64,000 nucleotides of DNA from Emiliania huxleyi CCMP1516 (lineage: Eukaryota): assembly GCF_000372725.1 (NCBI RefSeq), contig NW_005201231.1:1-64000 (forward strand). The letters run 5' to 3'. A program made the translations under genes and the position numbers. Position 1 is the stretch's first letter; the number at the start of each line of letters is the position of its first letter. Below the pieces are notes generated by a model. It made no database searches, was not told the DNA's origin, and saw nothing but the letters and a program-made list of their open reading frames with translations. Positions 35,920 to 47,143 of the stretch are shown here, piece after piece.

Positions 35920-37430
35920 CGCACACCACCACCACCCATACCCACCACCACCATGCATGCATGCGCGCATGCGCGCACCGGAGCGGCCGCCGCACTCGCC
36001 CCTCCCGCCCTCCGCCCCTCGAGACGCACCCTCGAGAGGGCGTGGCGTCTCTTCGCACTGCCAATCTCGGCTGATCTCGGCTGAGACCTCGTCCAATCTC
36101 CGCCCCTCGAGGTGTGCATCTTCGCGTATGGCCAGACGGGCTCGGGCAAGACGCACACAATGCAGGGGAGCAACGACCCCGACTCGTGGGGGCTGATCCC
36201 GCGCTCGCTGCGCAAGATCCTGCGCGAGTCCGAGTCGATGCGCCGCGACGGCAGCCGCGCCCACGCCTCCGAGCCCGCCGCCACCCTCGCCGCCACCGCC
36301 GCGCCCCAGCCCGCCGCCTTCGCCCCAGACAGGCCGCTTCTCACTGCCGCAGCGCTCTAATGCTTTACATTCTCGAGACTCGCCCGTTTTTTTCGCGACA
36401 CTTCGCTCGGCGCCTCGAACGTCTAATCCGACACTGAAATATCTCGCCTGGGTCCGGGACGAAAACGTCCTGATGTTATGCCCCGCTTCAACTCTGAACA
36501 CCTCCTCCTCGCCGCCGATTTGGACTGGCCAACTTGACAGGATGACCGTCGTGGCCACGCGTATATACCAGCATCACAACTGGTCTTTTGTACTCCTTCC
36601 GCCCACCCTCACTTGCATCTACCCTTGTTCATATAAAGGTCCAGGAAGGGGCTGTCCCATGNNNNNNNNNNNNNNNNNNNNNNNNNNNNNNNNNNNNNNN
36701 NNNNNNNNNNNNNNNNNNNNNNNNNNNNNNNNNNNNNNNNNNNNNNNNNNNNNNNNNNNNNGCAGACGACGTATTATTCATGTCTCCCAACCCGCGCTCG
36801 AGAGGGACACGCATTCCGCTGTCTTCCGCCGCGTTCCGCTGCATCCCACTGCATTCACACCCCTCGTATCTGAGTACTCTGCACGACACCGTCCTCCCGC
36901 CCCGAGGCTGGCGTGTTCACACAAACTCACAAGCCCGGTCCCACGCCTCTCAAGCACAGACAGCCGAGAAGGGAGAGACAGCGACGGCAGGCAGCAGGCA
37001 GCACTGGGCCCCAGGAAGGCGAATGCGATTACGGCCTCTAGTGCGAGCTCTATTCACCATAGGTGTACACACTCACACTCACACCGCAAACCCACGCGCA
37101 CCGGGCCCTTGCACTTTGAATGCCGTGGGGCTCCTGTCGTCCAGACGTGGAGTCGCGAGGGGCTAGCCTGGCCCTTGCCCCACCACCTTGTGTGTGTGGA
37201 GAAGTTGACCTCCCCTCCCCTTCCCTTAGGTGTACAACGAGCAGCTGCGCGACCTACTCTACGGCGAGGCCGGCGACCCGCCCAAGCTCACCATCATGCA
37301 CGACGACGCCTGGGGGACCGTCGTCAACAACGTGTCCACCTACGAGGTGACCTCGATGGAGCAGATCAACCTCCTCATGGCAAAGGCGGCCAAGCAGCGC
37401 GCCGTCGGCTACACCGACATGTGCGCACCC

Positions 37431-37462
<32 letters not shown>

Positions 37463-38439
37463 CTGTGTGTGCGCACCCGTGTCTCATTCCGCCCGCCCGC
37501 CCCCGGCAGGAACGCCGCCTCGTCGCGCTCGCACTCGATCTTTGCGCTCTACCTGACGGGTGTCAACGAGGCGCTCGGCTCGGAGCTGCACGGCGCGCTG
37601 CACCTGGTGGACCTTGCCGGCTCGGAGCGGCTCGACCGCTCGGGGGCGACGGGCGAGCGGCTCAAGGAGACGCAGAACATCAACAAGTCGCTCTCCAGCC
37701 TGGCAACCGTCTTCTCGGCCAAGGCGGCCCGGCAGGCGCACGTGCCGTTCCGCGACTCGAAGCTCACGTACCTGATGGACTCTTGCCATAGAAGCGGAAC
37801 GCGCATTCTTGTCTCTTGCAACCAGCGCTCGGGAGGACACGCACTCAGCCGCATTCGACCGTACTCCGCTGTAGTCACTGTACTCGTAGCCCCTCGTACT
37901 CACGCGGTGCTCTGAAGACTCTGCACGAGACCGTCCTCCCGCCCTGAGGTTGGCGTACCCACCACGTAGACTGCCCACATCTCCCCATATCTCCCCATAT
38001 CTCCCCATATCTCCCGCCCTGAGGCTGGCGTACCCACCACGTAGGCTGCCCACATCTCCCCATATCTCCCCAGATCTCCCGCCCTGAGGTTGGCGTACTC
38101 ACACCGTAGGAGCCCTGCCTCTCGGGCCAGGGCAAGACCCTCATGGTGGTCAACGTGGCGCCTGAGGAGAGCAACTCGCACGAGACGCTCTGCTCGTTGC
38201 GCTTTGCCAACCAGGTGAGCCAGTGCGATACGGGGGGCAAGCCCAAGCGCAGCGCAAAGCCCGCCGGCTCCGCGGCGACGGTGCCGAACCCGCAGCGCAG
38301 CTCTGTTCGGGACTCTGCCGCCTCCGCCCGCAACTCCGAGCGCAACTCCGCGGCGCAGAGGGACTGGAGCAAGCCCGGTGGCGTCCCGACTCGCAAGGCG
38401 AGCACTGTGCCGAGCGGCAGCCGGCGGCCAGCAAAGTGA
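30636..38439 (+). CDS. Kinesin-14 (C-terminal motor, KIFC1/Kar3/Ncd-like), many exons, long coiled coil
   Basis: [23 protein letters not shown] neck, [23 protein letters not shown] (P-loop), [43 protein letters not shown] and ETLCSLRFA. One motor exon appears to be missing near the gap. Confidence 0.93.
31945..32210 (+). repeat. Intronic 10-bp minisatellite (GCTGTGCTCC)n
   Basis: About 26 tandem copies inside a kinesin intron. Confidence 0.95.
35728..35925. repeat. (CA)n microsatellite; others at about 21020-21240, 44700-44805 and 57880-57985
   Basis: Direct observation. Confidence 0.95.
36662..36761. other. Assembly gap (100 N)
   Basis: Run of N. Confidence 1.
37790..37960 (+). repeat. 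Intronic cassette C (other copies 21870-22020 -, 31892-31950 +, 34962-35170 +, 36762-36915 +, 58755-58930 -)
   Basis: Conserved tagaagcggaa...caaccagcgctcgagagg.acacgtattccgctgt...cccctcgtactcacgcggtgctct...accgtcctcccgccctgaggttggcgt. Confidence 0.8.
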
Positions 38440-39333
38440 GCGGGGCGGATGAAGCCGCTGTGGCGTCAGCGTCGAGCGAATCTCGAGGCGGCGCAGGCCG
38501 CTGCTCTGCAGCGGCAGAACCTTGTGAGTACTGTGGGACTCGGCGGCGCGTGGCGTACCCCGCGCGGGAGGGACCGCCCGGATGGCGGGGCTGCGCGGAG
38601 GGTCGCCACGAAGTCTGTTGGTTCGCAGCGGGGGGGACACTGCAACAGCGCAGGTTGTTGTATGTACGTGCAGAGATGTTGGCCAGTTGGGTGGGGCAGG
38701 GGTATAGCATGTGTTTGCGCGTGTGGCGTCGATCCGACTCTGAGATCTAAGTGTCTCACCATGTGCACGCCGACAACAAGCAACAACACGCGCCGCCGCG
38801 GCGGCTCGGGGCGCCTCGGTCGGCACTCGAGGGTCGAGCTCGCTGGTCGCTCGGGCCTCGGCCCCTCCCTCCGTCCGCGGGCCTCGCCCTCGCGCCTCGG
38901 TCCTCGGACGGTGCTCGCCGGTCCGCGGTCGCCCTCGGCCGGCGTCGGCCGTCGCCGCGCGTTGCTCGCGGCGGTCGCCACCTCCATCCCTGAGTCACTG
39001 CCCCTGCCCCCCCCTGTCCCTGCCGCCGCGCCGTCGCCGTCCGATTCCTCCCCGCCGCCCGCGCCGGCCTGATCCGCGGCGTGCAACGCCCCCCCCACGC
39101 ACCACAAACCGCACGGGCGCACGACACCTCGGCATCGCCGCGAACCCCAGCCCCCTGCCGCCGCCGCCGCCGTCCCCGTCGCCGCCGCCTCCGCCCTGCC
39201 CCTGGGAGCCCTCCCACTACTGTTCTTAAAACACAAGCCTCTGAACAAGTGAATGAAGAAATTACTAATTAGGCGCCGCCAACCGAGAGGGTGAGAGAGA
39301 GAGATTGAGAGAGATTATGTTGTTGTGTGGGAG

Positions 39334-39733
39334 TCAGAGCTCGTCCTTCTTAGCCCTCTTGCTCTTCTCTCGTTTCGCCTTCCGCGCGTTGACGCGTGCG
39401 AGTTTAGAGTCCTTGGCCACCTCCTCGGCCGCCCTCTTCCGCAGCTCGATTTCTGCCTCGATTTCTACGAGGAGGGCCCCGCCCACCTGGCTGCCGCGCA
39501 GGTTCAGCTTGGTCAGCTCGGGGGCGACGCCCGGCACCCTCAGCGCCTCGAGCAAGGCCTGCGGGGAGAGTGGGGTGGGGTGGGGTGGGGTGGGGTGGGT
39601 GGGGTGGGTGGGTGGGTGTGTGGGGGGTCGATGGGGGAAGGGGATCTTACGCAGAGGGCCCTGTACTGATGGCGGCCGAGGGTCCCGGCCCAGCGGTGCG
39701 TGCTGCTGGTCTGCACCATGTGTGAGGGGGCAG

Positions 39734-39768
<35 letters not shown>

Positions 39769-40990
39769 GCCTGTGCGCCGACGTCGGAGATGCCGGTCCC
39801 GAAGAGGTCGAGCTGCTTGAGGTGCGTGAGGTGGTGCGCCGGCTGGGGGGGGGGTGGGGGGGGGGGGGGGGTGGAAGAAGGGAAGAAGAAGAGGGGAAGA
39901 GGAGGGGAGGAGGAGGGAACCAGGGGAGGGGCGGACTTTGCTGCGATGCGTTGAGATTCGCCGAGATTTCGCGAGGAGGAGAGAGGCGCAAGGGGGGTGC
40001 GTGGTGCCAAGACTACTTGCAAGAGGGCTGGGACGGACGGCGCTCTAGGGCTAGGGAAGGGTGCTCTGCGACATGGCAGTGCGACGTACGACGACGGCGC
40101 GCCTCTTCCCACACCCCATCCACCGTCTCCACCGCGCCGCCGGAGGCTCCGAAGACGAGGACGTCCGCCAGCGCCTGTGGAGGGGGGTGAGAGATCTGGA
40201 GTCACGGTTGCCTACTGCTACTGCTAGACGAGCACGCCGGCTGCCAGCGCCTGCGCCGCCTCGTCGGCGAGCTCGCCGTTGCGCCGAAGGGAGAGGTTGC
40301 TCAGCCACGGGCAAGAGACGCCGAGCGCCGTGAAGAGGACGGCGGCGCCCTCATCGCCTGTTGGACGTGTCGTGGACGTGTCGTGAGCATGTGTCGCACG
40401 GAGGTCGCGCCCCCCTCCCACATGGCGGCGTCGCCGATGTTTGCCCGGGAGAGGTCCAGCACGATGAGAGAGGGCAGCCGTTTGACAGCGGTCGCCAGTG
40501 CAAAGACGCCGTCGCCGACTTGGTTGTCGCCGAGCAGGAGAGTCAGGAGTGCGTGTTGCGTTCCCGAGCCGATCGCCTTGGCTATGGCCTCCACGCCCGC
40601 CTCCGCCATGCCCGTGTAGAACAGGTTGAGAGCCTCGAGCCTCAATGACGGGTTGCCTTTGATTGCTTGCGACAGCGCCACGGCGCCGTCGTCCCGCAGC
40701 GCGAATTTGGGAAGGATGACTGCGTTGCAGCCTATCAGGCAGTGCGGACGGCAGCGCTTGTGTGGGAGCGAGCACGGTATACCGTAGCAACGGCGGCGGT
40801 CGAGCACCGTCGAGCCGGAAAACATAATCTTTCGGCGCTGAAAATGGGTCCTCAAGCATGTCGTAGGTGCCGCACTGCTCCGCGGGCAGGCTGTCATGCA
40901 TGTCTTCGGGCAGGTTGTCCTTGAGTATGCCGTCAAGCTGTGATCCGATCGCCGCGTAGACGAGAGGCCACATGGCCGCGTGAAGTGCAA
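39334..40990 (-). CDS. RNI-like leucine-rich-repeat protein, multi-exon, C-terminal KDEL
   Basis: LEALNLFYTGM, LLTLLLGDNQVGD, LIVLDLSRANIGD, LSNLSLRRN, LKQLDLFGTGISDVGA and LTKLNLRGSQVG; ends KKDEL*. The 5' end is unclear because of frame changes. Confidence 0.75.
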
Positions 40991-42291
40991 TCAAGCGGTG
41001 CCTCCAAGGTAGAGGGATTCGAGGTTTTAGGGGGTAGGGTAAAAGCCCTCCTCCTCGCCACGGCACCGGCGGGCAATAGGAGTGCAGGCACCCAGGCCGG
41101 CAGCAGCCAGAGAAGCATCCAGATGACGTCGATGCTGCTCCACGGAGGTGAATCCACGCTCCACTCGGGATCCAGCACTCGCAGCGCCGCCATGCTCGTC
41201 TCGTCGCTGACTGCATTGAATACAGAGATGTCGAGGTACCCCCCGGCTAGTCCTTCTGACGGGTAGCAAATGGCTCGCGCAAAATTTCCACACTGGATCT
41301 GATCCGCAGCAGCCACGTTTGAGCACACCACGGACACAAAGTTGCCACAGAAGCGACTGAGCCAAGACTGAGAGCCTTTTGCAAGATCGACAAAGTCGAG
41401 GACCGTGACAGAATATACTGCGGTCCGTCCCGCTCCACCTTCGCTGCCGACAAGACTACTGCTGCCGCTCGTTCCGACTACAACTTGAGATGTAGCCTTA
41501 GACGTCTTTGGGAGAATTCGTAGCAAGGCGCCGGATTCGCATGTGTCGGTCAATGAGTCGGGCTTTGAGCAGATCTTTTTGCTCTGATTAATGCTATCAA
41601 AGTTAGGCAAATCGCAACCATCGGCAGAAGATACCAACAGTTGGGGACGGACAAAGCCATAGAGGGACCACTCTGGACCAATCAAAAGCTGTCTGAGCGA
41701 GTCGGCATCGGGGAGGTAGCGACGAGTTGCCACAACGCACATGGACAGCACCGCCTTGACCTCTGGTGGCAGCGGCGGAGGCAGAGGAGGTGGCTGTGAG
41801 GGTGCCAGCGTCAGGTTGTGTTCCGTGTAACGCATGCCACCACAGTCAACCTCCCAAGTGGCCGTGCCAAGCGGCGGCGAGGAGGAGTCGTCAGAGTTGA
41901 AGCGCGCATAAACATCAGACCTTTTCGTCACGACCCAGGCGCTAGTGTCGTATTCGACGTACGACGCACCGAGCGAAGTGTCGCGAAAAAACGGCGAGTC
42001 TCGACGATGCGAAGCATTGCGGCTTTCAGCAACGTACTCCAGCTTGTCGAGATCGCTTCGCGAGTCGCAGTAACCGGTGATGACGAATCGCGGGTTTTTA
42101 AGTGGCAGCAAGGGAGGAGACGAAGGAGGCAGCTGCGGCGAGCGTAGCGCCATGGTGGAAACAGCGGCCAGCGAGGACAGCGACGGCGAGAGTAGCGCCA
42201 TTGTGGAAAGGGCGACCAGCGACGGCGACAGCGACGGCGAGAGCACTGCGGCGGCTAGGGCAGCAAAGGCGGCGGAGATGGCAGTGAGCAA
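40933..42291 (-). CDS. Hypothetical secreted/membrane protein, possibly the frameshifted 5' part of the LRR gene
   Basis: 452-aa ORF with a signal-like N-terminus, Pro linkers, a Cys-containing lower-GC domain and a hydrophobic IWMLLWLLPAWVPALLL segment. Confidence 0.55.
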   Translation of the reverse strand: MLTAISAAFAALAAAVLSPSLSPSLVALSTMALLSPSLSSLAAVSTMALRSPQLPPSSPPLLPLKNPRFVITGYCDSRSDLDKLEYVAESRNASHRRDSPFFRDTSLGASYVEYDTSAWVVTKRSDVYARFNSDDSSSPPLGTATWEVDCGGMRYTEHNLTLAPSQPPPLPPPLPPEVKAVLSMCVVATRRYLPDADSLRQLLIGPEWSLYGFVRPQLLVSSADGCDLPNFDSINQSKKICSKPDSLTDTCESGALLRILPKTSKATSQVVVGTSGSSSLVGSEGGAGRTAVYSVTVLDFVDLAKGSQSWLSRFCGNFVSVVCSNVAAADQIQCGNFARAICYPSEGLAGGYLDISVFNAVSDETSMAALRVLDPEWSVDSPPWSSIDVIWMLLWLLPAWVPALLLPAGAVARRRAFTLPPKTSNPSTLEAPLDCTSRGHVASRLRGDRITA

Positions 42292-43029
42292 TCATTGACG
42301 ATGGCAGAAAAACATTTGGCGATATCTTTGGTGTTTTCTCTTTCTTTTGGGGGGCGCATTCGGACGAGCCTCACTGTCTTCGCCTTTCTAGGTATGTATC
42401 TATCTATGGGACTCTGCGACATGATTGATTGATGGGAAGGCGAAACACAGTCCGACCAACGACTGGGACACCAACGCGGTATGGGTGGACGCAGGACGGG
42501 CGATGACGGTCACACAGGAGCGACACACAGAACCACAAGACAAGACACTCAGCCAACCTGGAGCGAACTTCCCTAGACACCCGCGGCCGGACTCCATCCG
42601 ACACGCGTCGCTGGGCGCTCAGAGCCGCGTCCCCTGCTCGCCACCCCGACGCCCAAGGCGCCCGAGTCGAACGACAGGCGGCACGCGAAGACTGGTTGCA
42701 ATCCCGCCGACCGCCAGGCCGCGGGATGATGCGTGCGTGGTCTTGTAGTGGGTCTTGGAAGCTCCCCTCTCGGGCTAGGGGCCAGCCCCTCTCCCTTGCC
42801 CTCGGAACAGTGTGTCCGAGTCGAGGCGTGTGCTTGCCGGTCGACGGCCGCGCGCGGTTGGCATTGTGACGAAGGGTGCGCGCGGCCGCTGGGGCGGGAG
42901 GGTTGAGAGAGAGACCCATGACCATCCCATGACTACATGGGCCACACTCACATGTATATGTCTTTGCATGTAATAGTTTTGTTATACCCTCATGGGGCAC
43001 AAGAAAGAGGCTCTACGGGGGGGGGGATC

Positions 43030-43290
43030 TGACTGTGTACGGTCTGTGCTGCTGTTGGGCAGTCAGCGCTGCTGTCAGGCCACTGTGTGCTGTCGGGCTG
43101 TCAGGCAGCTGTCAGGCTGTCACGTTAGGGCCTGACAGCGACGGAGCGCCTCGCCTGTCAGGCTCTGCTGTCAGGCTGTCAGATACGTGCTGTCAGACTG
43201 TCAGAGAAAGTGCTGTCAGCGCTGTCAGGCTGTCGGGCACTGTCAGGCGCTGTCCGGGGTTTGCTGTCAGGCTGTCAGACCAGGGCTCAG
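43030..43290. repeat. TGTCAG-motif MITE-like element
   Basis: More than 12 ctgtcag/ctgtcgg motifs; ends tgtcagaccagggctcag. Confidence 0.6.
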
Positions 43291-43549
43291 ATAAGAGGCA
43301 GGAACGCGGCCGCCACCTGCGGCGGTCCATCAGCGCGTTCGAGCTCGAGAACGGCACGCCGCCACCACACAGGGCCTCGAGTCCGTGCAGCGTCCTGCCT
43401 CTTGCGATAGAATTTTACGACAATAATGTATATTTGTATCGCGCGCCTGCGGGGGGGGGCGCGGAAAAGAGGAACCTCTGCGCCATCGACACGGTGCTGC
43501 GAGCAGCGCCGGGCGACGACGGCTTAGAAAACGCCGTGCGGCCGGACCA

Positions 43550-44665
43550 ATGCCACCACCACCATCTCCTCCTCCCCCGCCGCCTCCACCACCACCGCCG
43601 CCTCCACCATCGACAACAAACGCGGTGGGCAAGCAGTGGGCTGTAGTCCTCCCGGCACCCCGCGCTAACCTCTCTGATGGCAGCGTTGTTGGCCTGGCCG
43701 ACATCTCACAGATCGACTGGAGTACCACTGTCGCTGTGTCCCGCGCTGGGACACACCCGACGCTGTTTGTGCATGTTTCCGGAGGCCTGGTGGTCTTGAA
43801 AACCGGCCAGCCCGGTCTGATCGCCGAGCTGTGTTCAGCGGAGCTGGCTCACGCGCTCGACGTACCAGTCCCTCGCTGCAGGATGATTGTTCGTGGCGAC
43901 CGGGAGCATTCGTCGATGCTAGACGGAATACAGCGTGCGGTCGAGGAAGCAGACTCCCCGTGCAAGCGCGTGGTCACCAAGATGGCGAGCGAGCCGCAGG
44001 TGCTGCTCTCCCAATTCATTTTGGACGACAAGCCCTCCCGGTTACATGTGAGTAGCGTGCGCCAGCTGGGCCGTCTGGCGGTGTACGACTGCGTCATCTG
44101 GAACACGGATAGATTCACCTTCCTGACGGCCTCCCTGGTGGCCTTCCGTGCTGATCAGAAGCTGGGCGAGACCTTTCAGCATATCATCAATTCACAGGCA
44201 GAAGCCCAGGGCATCAGCGTGCAGCAGGCCCTGAATGCCATCTCCGGCAACATGGAGAACTGGCTTGTGCGAGGTGACGGCGTCGTCTTTGGCATTGATC
44301 AGGGCGTGAGGCCGACGACGGGGACGCACGAGCAGCGGTTGCATGCGCTCGTGGAGGATTTGACGCATAAAGGCAAGGAGGCACAGATCGTGCAATGCAT
44401 CATCAAACAGCTCGGCGGTCATGGTGTTCGTATCCCGGAGAATTCGGCGGAAGTGCTTCATGGTGCCGTGACGGAGATGGTCGAGCGACTCGGTGCCATG
44501 CAGCTCGCTGATGTTGAGCAGATCAGGGACCGTATGGAGATGCATGTCTCCGCCGAACTCCAGCCTGACTGGAGGGAGAAAGTGGCTGGGTGGTTGGATG
44601 TGGACGCGGTCTACGCCCGCATTTGCGTGCTGACCAGCCGTGTATCGGCAACGACGGGCCAGTGA
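43550..44665 (+). CDS. Actin-fragmin-kinase-like (PI3K/PI4K-fold) atypical kinase, intronless
   Basis: VVLK, ELAHALDVPVPRCR, QLGRLAVYDCVIWNTDRF, GNMENWL and VFGIDQ. Confidence 0.7.
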   Translation: MPPPPSPPPPPPPPPPPPPPSTTNAVGKQWAVVLPAPRANLSDGSVVGLADISQIDWSTTVAVSRAGTHPTLFVHVSGGLVVLKTGQPGLIAELCSAELAHALDVPVPRCRMIVRGDREHSSMLDGIQRAVEEADSPCKRVVTKMASEPQVLLSQFILDDKPSRLHVSSVRQLGRLAVYDCVIWNTDRFTFLTASLVAFRADQKLGETFQHIINSQAEAQGISVQQALNAISGNMENWLVRGDGVVFGIDQGVRPTTGTHEQRLHALVEDLTHKGKEAQIVQCIIKQLGGHGVRIPENSAEVLHGAVTEMVERLGAMQLADVEQIRDRMEMHVSAELQPDWREKVAGWLDVDAVYARICVLTSRVSATTGQ

Positions 44666-45106
44666 AAGGCTCGAACACGATGAGCAGAGCCGTATCGCGT
44701 ATGTGCGTGCGCCGCGCGTGTGTGTCTCGTGTGTGCAGTGTGTGTATGTGTGCGTGCGTGTGTGACTGTGTGTGTGTGTGTGCACGTGCGTGTGTGTGTG
44801 TGTGTGCAAACATTAGCGTTTTAATGCTTTTCCCCACCTCCGTGAGCTCCCTCTCCAACGGCTTAAATGTGCGGGTTCACGCAATCCTCACACGGATACG
44901 CAGGCGGACAGGAAGCCATCAACCGATCAAGCCAATTCGTATCGCGCGTCAAGGAGAGACTCTCCGGTGCCATGCCATGCGCCATGCCATGCTCCATGCG
45001 ATGCGCCGCCGCCGGGCACGCTCCCCTCAGCGCCACTCCCCAGAACGCAGGGCTGCTCCGCCGCGCGTCAAGACAGGCACAGTCACCACGCAACAACAAA
45101 TTGGCG

Positions 45107-46207
45107 TCAAGACAGGCACGCCACGCAAGGCGAGAGCAAATTTGCCACATCTAGCAGCATCGAGGCCGAGTGGCCGAGGAGGACCGAGGAGTGGAAAAAC
45201 TCGTGGAAGCCAAAGCTCGCGTGCTGCGGCCGCTTGACGGCGTACGCGACCAGGCCAGGCAGGTACAGCCAGAAGATGGTCGCATTCACGCGGCAGGCGG
45301 CCGGGCAGAGGCAGAACATGGCGCGCACGAGGTACCCGAGCAGCACGCCGAACTGGACGCCCATCAGCAGCTTGACGGCCGTGTGTCCGGCCTTGCGCGG
45401 CACGACCGCCTACCCGAAAAGAAAGAGCGCTGCGCATCCACAGAGAGCAGAGAGCACCGAGAGGGAGGGCTGTCAAGCCGCCGAGCGCGGGACGGGTAGC
45501 CCCCACCCCCACCCGCAGCCGCGCCCCCGTGACACTGCGGGCGTTGCGCCGTCGGCAGGGCCTTTTCACCGCACTGTTTGACATATCTCCCCATATCTCC
45601 CCAGATCTCAGGGTACCTGCGCGAGCGCAAGCACCGATGCGCTCGCCGCGCCGCTCACGCCGCCGAGCAGCGCCGTCGCACCTGGCCACCCAAAGTTGGC
45701 CGACCAGAGCCAGAGCTGCGTCGTCAGCACCGAGGAGATGCCGACATAGTCCCAGCGCAGCCACACCGTCTCGGCAGCGGCGGTGTACGCGTCGCCGCCG
45801 CGCTTGTCCCCGTTGTGGTACCCATCCGAGATCCACACGTTGGCGCAAGTGGCCGCCGCCGCCAGCACCCGCAGCGCAAGCCTGCCGGGCGAGGCGGAGG
45901 ACCCAAGCGCTGCGGCGACCGCGACGTAGGCCGTCGCCAGCACGTACCAGAGCCCGGTGCGGTGCAGCCAGCCCATGGCGCTACCGCGGAAGCGCGGCCG
46001 CCGCAGGCCCGTCAGCAAATAGGGTGGCCGCGCGTCGGCCGCGCCGCCACCGCCGACGGCAGGCACCTCGTCGCCCACAGCGGAGAGCCGCGGGGCCAGC
46101 CGCTGCTGAAGCGGGAGGCGCACCGGCGGGGAGAGGCGAGGCGCGGGTGCGAGGGCCGCGCAGGCGGGCAGGCAGAGGAGCAGCAGCGGCACGCTGTGGC
46201 CACGCAT
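45107..46207 (-). CDS. Hemolysin-III/PAQR-family membrane protein with a signal/transit-like N-terminus; intron 45410-45616
   Basis: PRFRG..GWLH, SDGYH, LRWDYVGIS and FGFHEFFH motifs with multiple TM helices. Confidence 0.8.
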
Positions 46208-46899
46208 GTTATGCGCAAGGGGTGTGGAATTCGCGGGAGGCCGGAGGCACTCCCGGCCGCCGCCCGCAGGAGGGAGGGAGAAGCCTCCTACCGGGCCTTG
46301 CGAAGAAGAAATAAATATGGAAGAAGAAACGCTCGCATGGGTAGGTCGGCCTTCGCGTCCGGTGTCAACCACGTTCACTAGCTCGCGCCTCTGATCAGCG
46401 TGACAATTACTTGCTTCACACTCCGCTGTGTTGTCTGCCGCATCTGAAGACCTCGCAGACAATGGGGGAGTGTGAATACCCCATAGAGAGATGTCCCTGT
46501 TGAGTACTGTCCGATAGTCGAGATGCCTTGTTCCAGAGGGATGTGTCCTGGACGGCGTCTCGTCGTGGTCCTTCAGGAAAGAAAGGTAAAATCTCCTTCA
46601 GGACGATAGCTTTGTGTCCTTCAGGACGATGAGAGAGAGAGAGAGAGAGAGAGGACGATGGTGATCTTGGTTTGATCGTTCCTGTACGCCTCGGTACAGA
46701 CCCTCGCTCCGTGTACAGCTCTGAGCTCACTACAACAACGCACTCTCTCTCATGATAAGCGATCCAACGTAGAAATAAATCCCACATAAACCCGAGACGG
46801 TGACGGGATGCTGGCTGGTGGTCTCAGGCCCAGTGAGGTAGTGCATCAGACTATCCCGGATCCTGCTGAACAAGCTCCTCTTGTAGCTCGATCGGTCAC

Positions 46900-47072
46900 A
46901 CCGCCATCGCCGTCGGGGAGAGGGGGGACGACACTGCCTCGGCAGCGTGCACCTCGATCCTGTACCGTGTTTGTTATGACCCCCCCCAATGAACACACCA
47001 GTGAGGGAGGGCGAGACGATCGAGGGGTCCCGTACCACGCGGAATCGACCCTATCCAGTGCTCAAGTGCTCA
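46900..47072 (+). repeat. Longer copy of the dispersed repeat, directly upstream of the serine acetyltransferase gene
   Basis: Matches 26785-26896 directly and 26310-26385 in inverted orientation. Confidence 0.8.
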
Positions 47073-47143
47073 AGTCTCAAAGAAAGAAGAAAGAGGAGGG
47101 TGGCCACGATTGACGGAGGCGAGGCGCGCGGCGCTGATTTGAC

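Noticed and set aside
38449..39248. ORFs on both strands between kinesin and the LRR gene
   Set aside because: Low-complexity GC-rich sequence with no recognisable motif; cannot be supported as a gene.
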